DNA of 61,781 nucleotides from a virus (Duplodnaviria; Caudoviricetes): IMG/VR virus record IMGVR_UViG_3300028374_000014, positions 1 to 61,781 of that record; one strand, 5' to 3'. Shown piece by piece: positions 38,055 to 47,500 of this stretch (position 1 is its first letter; each line of letters starts with the position of its first letter). The notes under the pieces were generated by a model. It saw only the letters and a program-made list of their open reading frames with translations, ran no database searches and was not told where the DNA came from. The position numbers and the translations under genes were made by a program.

Positions 38055-38221
38055 ATGAAATTAGAGAGGATTTAAGTTTTAGCTATCAATCTTATATATT
38101 TTTCTTTCCATTATTCTGAGTCAGGGACTAAATGTAATGTATCATCAATATGTTGTTCCATTATCTGCCATGTTTGCCGATCATATGGTTTATTCGAGGA
38201 CCATATTTGTTAATCTCATCT

Positions 38222-38542
38222 CTATTTCGTTCTCATTAACTCTTGTACCACTGCTCTGACTGGTTCCAAAACCTTTTGTGCTGATGCTTCATCGCCTACT
38301 TTTTGATGCTGAATATAGGCATCAACGATATCACCAAGGCCGGCCTTTTCCAAAACAGGAAACAATACTGATAGTCTATAAATATCGTCAGGCAATCCGC
38401 CAGACTCCTTAAAGTAAATTGACAGCAATTCTTGAACTTCCGTTTTCGAAGTTGTTCCCAGAATCTCGGTCACAAGCTGTTTGCGAGAACGCGTCAATTC
38501 TTCTTTAATAATTTGTTCTATTTCTGATCTTTTAAGTTTCAT
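38222..38542 (-). CDS. Hypothetical protein with an IIKEE-type leader
   Basis: Likely start MKLKRSEIEQIIKEEL at 38542; second site LVTE. Confidence 0.65.
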   Translation of the reverse strand: MKLKRSEIEQIIKEELTRSRKQLVTEILGTTSKTEVQELLSIYFKESGGLPDDIYRLSVLFPVLEKAGLGDIVDAYIQHQKVGDEASAQKVLEPVRAVVQELMRTK

Positions 38543-38717
38543 ATGTTTTTTCTTCAAAGTGAACTACATGTTGGTTAGGTGTCGGCCAAGAACGATATTC
38601 AAACTCTATTCCCTTCTGGGCTCGACCAAAATAGGTGTTCTTAAGTGAAAACATGATTTGTGTACCTTCCTGTATTACGAGAGGATTTTTAATAACGACA
38701 ATTTCACAATGTCTCAC
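38532..38717 (-). CDS. Hypothetical protein
   Basis: 61 aa, GTG start right after the upstream stop; fills the gap. Confidence 0.5.
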   Translation of the reverse strand: MRHCEIVVIKNPLVIQEGTQIMFSLKNTYFGRAQKGIEFEYRSWPTPNQHVVHFEEKTYET

Positions 38718-38718
38718 A

Positions 38719-39255
38719 TTACACCTTACCGAGAAATTTCTTGAACCTCAGTTCTGGTTTATAGCCTTCGTCCAACATTCGATCAATTTTGTTCATCATT
38801 GATTCACGTTCGTCGGCTTCTTCGTTGTATTCCGGTAACTCTTTCAATTGCCCAATTTCAAATACTTTTTGGGCTTGAACAAATGTGCGTACATTTGATG
38901 TTTGTTGCATCACTGCATTAAACGTATCATCCTGTGCCTTCAGTGTCAGAGTAGAACCCATGTCACCTTTATATTCCTTTTTGATAAAGTCTGCCAATTT
39001 ATCTAGATATTGTTCGATTTCATCTTCAAACTTATCTTCGTGAGATTTCTTAATGTTAACTTCGGTGTGATAAGTGATCACCAAGTTAGAACCGTTAATT
39101 TTTACACCAAAACCGTCTATAACTCGACTATCCTTAATTGGATCACCTTCTTCGCGCTGCAAAACACCTGTTTTTCGGCCACCATAAGGGTGGTCTTTAG
39201 CGTCTGCTGCAATCTGATGGATTGCTTGAATTATTTCATAAACTGATTTAGCCAT
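38719..39255 (-). CDS. Hypothetical protein
   Basis: 178 aa with a GAGG RBS. Confidence 0.75.
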   Translation of the reverse strand: MAKSVYEIIQAIHQIAADAKDHPYGGRKTGVLQREEGDPIKDSRVIDGFGVKINGSNLVITYHTEVNIKKSHEDKFEDEIEQYLDKLADFIKKEYKGDMGSTLTLKAQDDTFNAVMQQTSNVRTFVQAQKVFEIGQLKELPEYNEEADERESMMNKIDRMLDEGYKPELRFKKFLGKV

Positions 39256-39364
39256 TATTTTTTACCTCTTCATTTCCTGCAACATGTCGTTTCGGCTTTC
39301 CGCACATTTCCTTAACAACAGAACCAAGATTTTCTTTAAGAATTTTTTTAAATTTATTATTCAC
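39248..39364 (-). CDS. Small ORF MNNKFKKILKENLGSVVKEMCGKPKRHVAGNEEVKNNG (38 aa)
   Basis: Not in the track. GTG start and TAA stop overlap both neighbours; two [LV]-x-E sites. Confidence 0.5.
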   Translation of the reverse strand: MNNKFKKILKENLGSVVKEMCGKPKRHVAGNEEVKNNG

Positions 39365-39740
39365 TCTCTGGCCTCCAACCGGATTCCCATTTCTCTTCTC
39401 TACCTTCGATATGTTTTATAAAACACCGATAACAACAACCCCATTGATTCATCTTTATGTCGTCAATAGCGTTAAAGTGTATTTTGTATAGAGAACACAC
39501 TTGACAATTATCCAAGGCGTTTTCATCAGTAAGTAGTTTTTTTGATACTAGATATCCGGTTTTATTTTCGTAGTTCTTTTCTTTGTACGCCGAATTCAAT
39601 TTCTTATACAGCTTATCAACTTGTCTGATAAACTCTTCTTCGTCCTCATCAGTCCAGTCGGCTCGTGGAGAACGTGTACACTCTACCCCATATTTTTGCT
39701 CTATTTGGTATTCCACTGCTGCTAACTTTTCATAATCCAT
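39357..39740 (-). CDS. Hypothetical zinc-binding protein (CQVC...CYRC)
   Basis: Start moved to MDYEKL at 39740; ends EGREEKW-x-x-GWRP; contains an internal CTACTTACT promoter-like motif at 39528-39536. Confidence 0.7.
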   Translation of the reverse strand: MDYEKLAAVEYQIEQKYGVECTRSPRADWTDEDEEEFIRQVDKLYKKLNSAYKEKNYENKTGYLVSKKLLTDENALDNCQVCSLYKIHFNAIDDIKMNQWGCCYRCFIKHIEGREEKWESGWRPESE

Positions 39741-39753
39741 TATTTGTCTCTCA

Positions 39754-40020
39754 TTATTTCTTAGATTCTGGCCCGTTGAATGGCAAAGGTATACCACCAA
39801 GATCTATCAGCGCTGTCACCACCTGATCGTTCTTCACTATTCCCACAACTTTAACATATATATCCTAACCTTCCGGTGCAAACTGGGGGAGTTTCTGTTT
39901 TGTGGCATCGTCTATAATGAGGTCGACATATTCTATGGAATCGTGCGTACCGCCACATGTTCCTTCGCGGGGGAATGTGCGCCATTGGTCGGTCATCATT
40001 TTACAATACTTATTCTTCAC
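39754..40020 (-). pseudogene. Small gene interrupted by an in-frame TAG at 39865-39867
   Basis: ...QFAPEG*DIYVKVVGIVKNDQVVTALIDLGGIPLPFNGPESKK*. The read-through frame fills the gap to the next gene. Confidence 0.5.
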
Positions 40021-40882
40021 TAAAATATTCCTTTGCGTCTCTGTAGCCGTATTCCATGCTTTGCAAAATTCGATCATGATCAAAATCTAATGAACTATAT
40101 GGCAGTTTTCCATTTGGTCTGATCACGTTAATCTTGACAAATCTTTTTTCCCGAAAGGTTTTAGGTGATTTAATAGCTGATTCATTGTACAACTGAGCAA
40201 TTTTCAAATCGTTCTCAATAATTTCATTCATCATAATTCCCAAGATGCGAGGTGCATCTTGCGTAACCTTGGGCTTCTTGATATTAGAAATGAGGTATCT
40301 ATCTTGTGCTAGTATTACATCAACTTCATCAACCCCACCTACTTCAATAGCAATCTTGAGAGGAGTAACATCTCGAATACCACCGTCAGTGTACCATTGT
40401 TCGCCAATTTGAACAGGTGTCAACATTACAGGGAATGCAGCAGATGCTTCAATATATTTGAGTACATTTTTGTTTCTGTTTGTTTTATAAGAGATAGTAC
40501 CATTATTAAGTGATACAACCCCCATGTAGAAATCGACATCAGATCTATATAACATGTCTGTGTCTAATTTTTCATTGATTATCTTTGACAGAGGTTTTGA
40601 ATTGTACACACTTTTTTCCCAAGGAACCGTTACCGGCCAAGCAAACCATTTCTTGTATATACTTTTTGTATCAATTTCTCTCCACAAACCGACCAGTTCT
40701 TTCAACGCCGTGTCTTGATTCTCTTTTTTATACTGACACAACAACGAACCATTCAATGCACCAACCGATACACCCGACACAACGTCATAACGACGGCCTT
40801 GATCCACAATTAAATGTTTTAGTGCTCCAGCTTGATATGCTCCCTTGGAACCGCCGCCAGATAAGACAAGGGCGCGTTTCAT
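40010..40882 (-). CDS. Patatin-like phospholipase
   Basis: LVLSGGGSKGAYQAG oxyanion loop, GVSVG nucleophile elbow, ASAA-x-P, DGG. Confidence 0.92.
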   Translation of the reverse strand: MKRALVLSGGGSKGAYQAGALKHLIVDQGRRYDVVSGVSVGALNGSLLCQYKKENQDTALKELVGLWREIDTKSIYKKWFAWPVTVPWEKSVYNSKPLSKIINEKLDTDMLYRSDVDFYMGVVSLNNGTISYKTNRNKNVLKYIEASAAFPVMLTPVQIGEQWYTDGGIRDVTPLKIAIEVGGVDEVDVILAQDRYLISNIKKPKVTQDAPRILGIMMNEIIENDLKIAQLYNESAIKSPKTFREKRFVKINVIRPNGKLPYSSLDFDHDRILQSMEYGYRDAKEYFSEE

Positions 40883-41067
40883 CCGGTTTCCCCTAAATAA
40901 TGTTTAAGCAATTTTGTGTATTGTTCACCGAGGCGGCGCCGTTGTACTGGTCGTGAAATTTCAGTAATTGATTCTTTATTAATTCGCTTTAGTCGTTCTT
41001 CAAATTCGGCAGAACTTATTTTTTTATGGGTGGGTTTGTGGGGTTTCAAGGTAAGCTTCCTTCGCAT
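40879..41067 (-). CDS. Small basic hypothetical protein
   Basis: 62 aa; ATGA overlap with the patatin gene. Confidence 0.5.
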   Translation of the reverse strand: MRRKLTLKPHKPTHKKISSAEFEERLKRINKESITEISRPVQRRRLGEQYTKLLKHYLGETG

Positions 41068-41224
41068 TTTGATAAAGTTTAATTATTCTGTTTTCTTCAG
41101 GTAATTCACATGTTTGTCTAGCTGCATTATAATATAGATTCTTTGGATTCATAAACGCTAGCAATACGCACACTAATAATGCCAATACCAACAGCGATAT
41201 ATTTGATCCTTTGCTATTACTCAT
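41024..41224 (-). CDS. Small membrane protein
   Basis: 66 aa with one hydrophobic helix; ATGA overlap with the upstream gene. Confidence 0.55.
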   Translation of the reverse strand: MSNSKGSNISLLVLALLVCVLLAFMNPKNLYYNAARQTCELPEENRIIKLYQNAKEAYLETPQTHP

Positions 41225-41709
41225 AGTCCTATCTTGTTTACTTCACGATGCAATAAAAACATCCCAATCGAGACAGCAATTCCACTAGAAAAGTATACTG
41301 GTTTCTCCAACCTATCCCACAGGGTTCTTTTATGTTGTTTTTTTAAGCTCTTGTATAAGTCATCAATCTGATCATTTTTGAGTGTCAAGCGGTTTTCCCA
41401 CATCTTCTCTTGCCATTTTAATTCGGTAGTTGCGTTATCAAGTTTTAATTGCAATTGCAGTGTAGCTTTTGTAACCTCGTAATCTACTCTAGCTTGTGTC
41501 TTTGCTTCAGAAACACTAACGGTTGTTTGCAGTTCTGCAAAAGCTTCCGGCGATAACAACACGCCGGCATATGTCGCTGTTTCGCCAGCTTGAACATACG
41601 ATATTTTCTTTTCTTGTGCGAAAGCTTTTGGCGCAGAGAACAGGATAGCCGTGAGTATTATAAAATATGTAATCGTAAAAGCCAAATTATCTTTAGTCCA
41701 TTTAGTCAT
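41221..41709 (-). CDS. Membrane-anchored coiled-coil protein (spanin-like candidate)
   Basis: Signal peptide (...PKAFA|Q), coiled coil, C-terminal hydrophobic helix. Confidence 0.55.
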   Translation of the reverse strand: MTKWTKDNLAFTITYFIILTAILFSAPKAFAQEKKISYVQAGETATYAGVLLSPEAFAELQTTVSVSEAKTQARVDYEVTKATLQLQLKLDNATTELKWQEKMWENRLTLKNDQIDDLYKSLKKQHKRTLWDRLEKPVYFSSGIAVSIGMFLLHREVNKIGL

Positions 41710-42848
41710 TTTTTATCCTTTTTTCTGTAATACTCAACGTACCCCCAATCAAGTTTACTAACTCTTTCGTATTCAGGAGTATCTTGGAGTTTGCTAATTG
41801 CCCTCTGTGCCGTCATCAATTTTGATTCAGTAAATGGAACATCTTCTGACCATTTTACTTCTTCGACAAAGCCAATATCGGGTAAAACATCAGTCTTGAA
41901 CCAAATCGCTATTATCTGACCTTCATCTTTCGTAATATGTGTTGTTTGAACAGATGGTAAAAACGTTCCATATGTTAATGATATAGCGTCTACAGTGTCG
42001 GTACCGAATTTTATGTATGGCGGCGTCTGTAACAGCTTATTTGACGCCATTATCTCACCTGCTCGCTTGGCAGTAGTGAAATGAATAAAGGAGTCATTCT
42101 CGATAGACATCTTAAACATAACCTGATCTTCTTTTTGATCAAATCTTGCGACCAGATCTTCTCGAACTCGACCACGAACATGCTTTAGTTTACCAAGGTT
42201 TTCTAATTGTGTTAAAACATCATGTTGTGGTTTACGCCATTTAAACGCCAGTGGATGCCTTTCCCAATTCGTATAATACGGATCTTTTTTGGCAGCTTTG
42301 ATGGCTGCTCGGAACGAACACTCAGGATAACCTTGATTTTTAGGAAGAGGTTCCTTTTCGACATCATTACGCTTTTGATCGTAATATATCCAGATATCTA
42401 ACGCTTCTGGAGTTACGGAGTTTCTGTCAGACATTAACCACGTATCGTGTTTATCACACAGTTCCATAGCAATATCATACAGAAGCGGCCCGAAGCCTTG
42501 AGATGCCTTCACCCATTGTATCATCATCCCGCCGCAAACATCTTCGTAGGATAACCACATCATTCCATAAATGGGAGCGCCTGATTTATGGTCTAGTGTA
42601 CTACCGTACATATCAGTTAGAAAAATCATTGCATGATTCTTCGGAGTAAACTTTACTGATACATTGATATCTTCTGGGAGTTCGTTAGGTGATACGGCGT
42701 CTTCCTGCAACATATCATGGAAACCGTAACTTCCATACGCAGGATCTACCGGTGCTTGCTGTGTGTCAAATGCAGTATCTTGTTTTGCGGGTAAGGCATA
42801 ATTTTGTACTAGCCTATCCCATTCTTCTTTCCAAACTTTTTTACTCAT
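41706..42848 (-). CDS. GNAT-like acetyltransferase domain plus a C-terminal ART-like domain
   Basis: KASQGFGPLLYDIAME...L-x-SDR-x-SV-x-x-EA-x-x-IW-x-YY; second domain FIHFTT...ISLT...EEV. Confidence 0.55.
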   Translation of the reverse strand: MSKKVWKEEWDRLVQNYALPAKQDTAFDTQQAPVDPAYGSYGFHDMLQEDAVSPNELPEDINVSVKFTPKNHAMIFLTDMYGSTLDHKSGAPIYGMMWLSYEDVCGGMMIQWVKASQGFGPLLYDIAMELCDKHDTWLMSDRNSVTPEALDIWIYYDQKRNDVEKEPLPKNQGYPECSFRAAIKAAKKDPYYTNWERHPLAFKWRKPQHDVLTQLENLGKLKHVRGRVREDLVARFDQKEDQVMFKMSIENDSFIHFTTAKRAGEIMASNKLLQTPPYIKFGTDTVDAISLTYGTFLPSVQTTHITKDEGQIIAIWFKTDVLPDIGFVEEVKWSEDVPFTESKLMTAQRAISKLQDTPEYERVSKLDWGYVEYYRKKDKK

Positions 42849-43482
42849 ACGAAAATTCGTCCCAATTTGGGTTAATATCTAAACTACCTCTATCCATTGC
42901 ATCCGTAGATTCTTCAGGTCGAAATCTACCATATGATTCAAAGGCTTTAATCGTGTCCATGTTATCTTTTCGATATATCTTAGACAATGGCGATTGCGGA
43001 AATGGCTGCGCGCCGCCGTATGCTCTAGAATACTCGACTGAATTCATTGTGCAATTATCTTTTTTTGTTGGAGTTAACGTATTTTTCAAGTCGTCCAATT
43101 GTAGAATTTTTACCTCGGGGCGATTCTTGAGGTAAAATAACCACACTTTGTATGCAGCTTCTGACACAACAACACGATCGCATGTTAAACCGCCGGCATC
43201 TGCACTAGCATATTCCATTGCCACGTCATACAAGAGTGGCCCAAAACCCTTATCCGCTTTGGACCAAGTAACTTGGTATGCGTTCAGGCATGGACCGTAT
43301 TCTATCCCGTAACCGGGACTTGACACTGGCAAGTGTTCTATTTCTACATTCGCGTGTACATGGTTTCTGGAATCGTCTACTAAATAAAAGTCGATCGCAT
43401 TTTCATGGGGTTTCTCGTTATAATAAACTACCAGTCTTCCCTTGATAGCCATTTCTGTATTTACTGATTCTTCATTGATCAT
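42841..43482 (-). CDS. GNAT-like acetyltransferase (paralog of the N-domain of 41706..42848)
   Basis: KADKGFGPLLYDVAME...LTCDR-x-x-VSEAA-x-x-VW-x-FY; acetyl-CoA-binding motif A-like G-x-G-x-x-L. Confidence 0.6.
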   Translation of the reverse strand: MINEESVNTEMAIKGRLVVYYNEKPHENAIDFYLVDDSRNHVHANVEIEHLPVSSPGYGIEYGPCLNAYQVTWSKADKGFGPLLYDVAMEYASADAGGLTCDRVVVSEAAYKVWLFYLKNRPEVKILQLDDLKNTLTPTKKDNCTMNSVEYSRAYGGAQPFPQSPLSKIYRKDNMDTIKAFESYGRFRPEESTDAMDRGSLDINPNWDEFSYE

Positions 43483-43903
43483 CTCGATATCTCATAAAGT
43501 AAGTAGGGACGCGATATCCTACCATATTTGCTATGTTAATTCTTCCTCTGCCATCGCCGACCTGACAATTGTTATCATATTTGATAACTATTACGGGCGG
43601 CACACCGGTTTGCATCCATTTTGAAGCTTTCAACATCCATTGATATCCGCGAAAATCTTTCAGATCTTTGATCGTTGATGTTTCAGACAATGACAACCAT
43701 TTTGCCAAACCCCTGTCATATTCATAAAAATCAGGAACCTCTAATTCCCCTATATACTTGTGATCAAAATCATCTAAGTATAGATCATCATCAATATGCT
43801 CCAGAGATCTTATTGCACACAACATATCATGCAATAAACTTGCGCTCATATCAGTGTAATTATCTGGTATCCTGACCAATTCGGTCCAATGAACATCATT
43901 CAT
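43472..43903 (-). CDS. ParB/sulfiredoxin-like domain protein
   Basis: Start moved to MNDVHW at 43903; PPVIVI...VGDGRGR...A...G...VP resembles the ParB-N DG-x-HR motif. Confidence 0.55.
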   Translation of the reverse strand: MNDVHWTELVRIPDNYTDMSASLLHDMLCAIRSLEHIDDDLYLDDFDHKYIGELEVPDFYEYDRGLAKWLSLSETSTIKDLKDFRGYQWMLKASKWMQTGVPPVIVIKYDNNCQVGDGRGRINIANMVGYRVPTYFMRYRDDQ

Positions 43904-44285
43904 ATGTCCACCCCATTTCGTGTGCAATCTGTCTCAAAGTCTTTTCGGGGTTTTCTCGTATCTCGTTTGCCATTTTCTTCTCGTCTTCTTTAACATTCTT
44001 CTCAATTTCTTTCTTTTTCTCTTGATATTCCTTTTCATTTCTCTCTGCATCACCAAAGTATTCATCAAGATTTTCTCCCACTTCTTTGTCAATTTGCCTA
44101 TCAGTTAAATCGATTAATTCGCGTTCTTTATCAGCGAGATCACGTTCTTGTTTTAAAAGGTCAAATATTTTAGAAACATTTCCTTTTCCGCTAAAAAGAA
44201 GACTAAGAACAAAGCCTATAATGATCACAAAAATATACCAATAAGTTTTAATGAAAATCCATATCTTTTTCAAAGTTTTCTTCAT
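43896..44285 (-). CDS. N-terminally anchored coiled-coil membrane protein (i-spanin-like candidate)
   Basis: Basic N-terminus, one TM helix, charged coiled coil; follows the holin-like gene. Confidence 0.6.
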   Translation of the reverse strand: MKKTLKKIWIFIKTYWYIFVIIIGFVLSLLFSGKGNVSKIFDLLKQERDLADKERELIDLTDRQIDKEVGENLDEYFGDAERNEKEYQEKKKEIEKNVKEDEKKMANEIRENPEKTLRQIAHEMGWTYE

Positions 44286-44292
44286 AACATCC

Positions 44293-44535
44293 TCACGGGC
44301 CGCTTGTTGCCTCTTCTTTTGTCATCCAGAGTTGCACAACATCTCGTACTTTTTTACCTAAGTTATAAGATAACAATGCGAAGAATACTGTCAACATCGA
44401 TGCGGGCACTTCTATCGTACTGAGCCAAAAGTGGACCATTACTACAAATGTTACCCAAAATGAGATTCGACCTAAACTAAATTTTTTGTTTTCTGTGATT
44501 ATCGCTAACCAATCAATTTCCTTGAGTTTTTTCAT
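44293..44535 (-). CDS. Holin-like two-TM membrane protein
   Basis: Start moved to MKKLKE at 44535 (GGAGGG RBS); KFSLGRISFW, two hydrophobic helices, charged tail. Confidence 0.55.
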   Translation of the reverse strand: MKKLKEIDWLAIITENKKFSLGRISFWVTFVVMVHFWLSTIEVPASMLTVFFALLSYNLGKKVRDVVQLWMTKEEATSGP

Positions 44536-44544
44536 CGCTAACCC

Positions 44545-44577
44545 TCCAAGTTGCGATATAAATAGTCTAAACTTGGA
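44545..44577 (-). promoter_or_regulatory. Hairpin with late-promoter-like CTATTTATA in the loop, overlapping the RBS of the holin-like gene
   Basis: TCCAAGTT-(TAGACTATTTATATCGC)-AACTTGGA-GGG...ATG. Confidence 0.6.
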
Positions 44578-47500
44578 CATGTGCGTAACCATTTTTCTTT
44601 TCAATTGTAATTTGTGTGTCTACAACGTCCTTGAAAGGGTCAAGATGTGATATCAAAATAACCTTAGAAAAATAGCTTTTAATCATCTCTAAAATGCGAA
44701 TAAATCCATCTTTTGTTTCTTCATCAAGCTCCGTGGCAGGTTCATCCAATATGAACAAGTCCCCCTTTGGCATCGTGGACACAGATAGCAGTGCGAGACG
44801 AATTGCGGTCGCTGCAAGAGTTTTTTCAGCGCCAGAACCGGTTTCAATTAATCTGGGATTATGTTTTGGGTGTTTAATGAAAATTTCGAGTTTATTATCG
44901 CTTGATTCGAAGAAAACTTCAAACTCAACAACATTTGCCAAGATTTTCGATATTTCTTGGTTAATAGCCGGCAGTCTTTTCTTGATAATATCAAAGGGGA
45001 TACCATTGGAGTGCATGCAACGCTTATACAGATCATAAGCAGTGTATTCCTTGCGCTGTTGTTCCAATTTTTGTCGTTCTTCGATAACATTTTCCAATTT
45101 TTGGTCAAAGTACCCTCTTTTAGCGTACATTTCACTAAGATTGTTCTTCGTTGCCGAAAGAGTCTTCTTTAACTCTTTAATTTGTGTTATCACTTCTGCC
45201 TGTTGCACTTTCTTTTCTTCCAAAGTGTTAATTTTACCGATATTTTCATCATAAACCTCTTTTTTTGACTCCAGTTCATGAATTTTTACGTTTGAAAACT
45301 TTATTCGACCTTTGCACTCACTAATTTTCGAACTCAAAAGAGGTATTGTGTGCTCTTTAACCTTAGTATGGTATTTTTTCATTGTTTCAAGCGTTTCTAG
45401 CTGGCTTTCGATGTGTTCGGAATCAATATTCTCTACCTTCTTAACATGTGCCGTATACTCACTATTAATTTTATCATATTTATCCCTAATTTTCTCTACA
45501 TTACCTATATCTTGTAATGTTTGGTACGCAGATTCAACTAAGCTACAAGAAGAATACTCTGAGTTACACGGAGCTTCTTTCAAGTGTCGTTCTGCGTCTT
45601 CAATTCTATCAATAGTGTTTTCATAACGAATTAAATCATCAAATTTTTCTTCTATTTGTTCCTGCAAGCGATTCAACAAGTCCTTATCTTTGATTAAATT
45701 TTCATATGAGATATTTTCTATCTTTTCTTCAAGTTCCGAAAGATTTTCCTCATTTGCTTCCAATTGTTCTTCGTAACCTTTCAACAACAGTTCATCTGTT
45801 CGTAACTCTTGACGAAATTCTTTAAGGTCTTTAACCAAACCTGAAATATCTTCCAATTCCTGTGGTACCGAGGAAACAAACGCAGTTAAATCTAACAACT
45901 CAGTATTCTTATTTTGAACTTCTCTTTCCAGAAGTTTAACTTCTTTCGTGTATTTATTAAGTTTGTCATAAACGTTTTTCTTTTCTTCTGTTAATTCTTC
46001 TAACTTTGCTTCGTAATCAACTGACTCTAACATCTTTAATGCACCTTTCAAGTCAGAAGAATGCTCGTTAGCCACTTTAAACTTTTTCTCAAAGAAATCG
46101 AGATCAAGAAATTTTGCCAATGTTTTCTTTCGTTCTGTTGAGCGCTGATCGATAAAAGTTAATGAGCCGAACTGCGCTGAAAAGGATGTGACCAAGAAAT
46201 CGTCCAAGGTACCAATCACAGACCGTATCTTATTGTCCGTGTCGCGGCGTGTAAGGCCGTTTAACGACTCTTCCTCACCGTTCACTACCTTAACAAAAGA
46301 AACGTCTGTGCGTGCCTCCTGCGTGACCTCACCGTGTAGCTTCTTTTTGTATTTTTCCGAAGTTCTTTCTACAATATACTTCTCATTATCAATTTTGAAC
46401 ACAACGCGACCACGAGAATTGTCCTTATGTTGATTAATCATATCACAATTCTTTCTAACATTTTTCGAGGTACTATTGAACAACGTGTACATTAGCGAAT
46501 CAATGATACTTGATTTGCCAGAATAACTTTTTCCAAAAATGCCCACCAAACCATTTAAGGATGAAAAATCGACTTTGTTTCCTTTGCCATAATTAAACAG
46601 ATTATCCCACTCAAGGTCTTCTACAGACCAGTGCACATTGCGAACCATCTCCTCTTCTGATAACACCTCTGAATTAATTTTACTGTTAATTTTTACGATG
46701 TCTTTTGAGATATCCTTTTCAATATCATAATCAACCAAGTATTCTTTAATCAGTTCTTCTTGAACCTTTGTGTCTCGAAGATTCTTTTTGGAAAATTCGT
46801 CATCAATGTTAACCTGTATTCTACCTTTCTTTGTTGCTCGATTCAGAAAGGACACTGACTGTGGTTTAAATTTGCGTTTAGCAACATCCATTGCCTTACG
46901 CATCACATCTAATGAAATATGATAATCTGAGACCAATCTCAACCTTGCATTAGATGGCACACTGATCTTATATGGGATTCTGCCCTTTGGAGTGAGAGAA
47001 ATTGTTACAAACGGTTTCGGGTTTGTAAGCTGCACATGGCGACAATCATAATCTTTTTTGTCTTTAATTTCCCAAATCAAATAACCTTTGTCATTTGTTT
47101 CACCAAAATTCTGTGTTATTAGACTACCGGGGTATCTCACCTTGCCTAACTTATCTAGTGTTTGATTTGTTTTGTGAATATCGCCGAGCAAAGCGTAATC
47201 ATATTTTACCAATTCTTCTAACTCTAGATCGCCATGCTCTAAAACACGACCAATATCTGTCACCGAGTTACTAACGCAACCGTGGTAAATAGCAGCATTA
47301 AGTTTTTTATCATCAATGATCGATGGCCAATTGTCTTCATCGAAAATCGATAAGTGATAAAAATCTATATCAGGAAACCGGAATATATTCGCGTCGCGGG
47401 AATAGAACAAGTTATCATTATCAATGTTATTTACCACCGGTGTAATAGAGTCCATACGAGATGGTGTACGAAGTAAACCATCATGATTACCGGGAATAAC

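Noticed and set aside
44557-44564. Exact TATAAATA on the plus strand as a T4 late promoter for plus-strand genes
   Set aside because: No credible plus-strand gene follows; the position fits the minus-strand holin-like gene.
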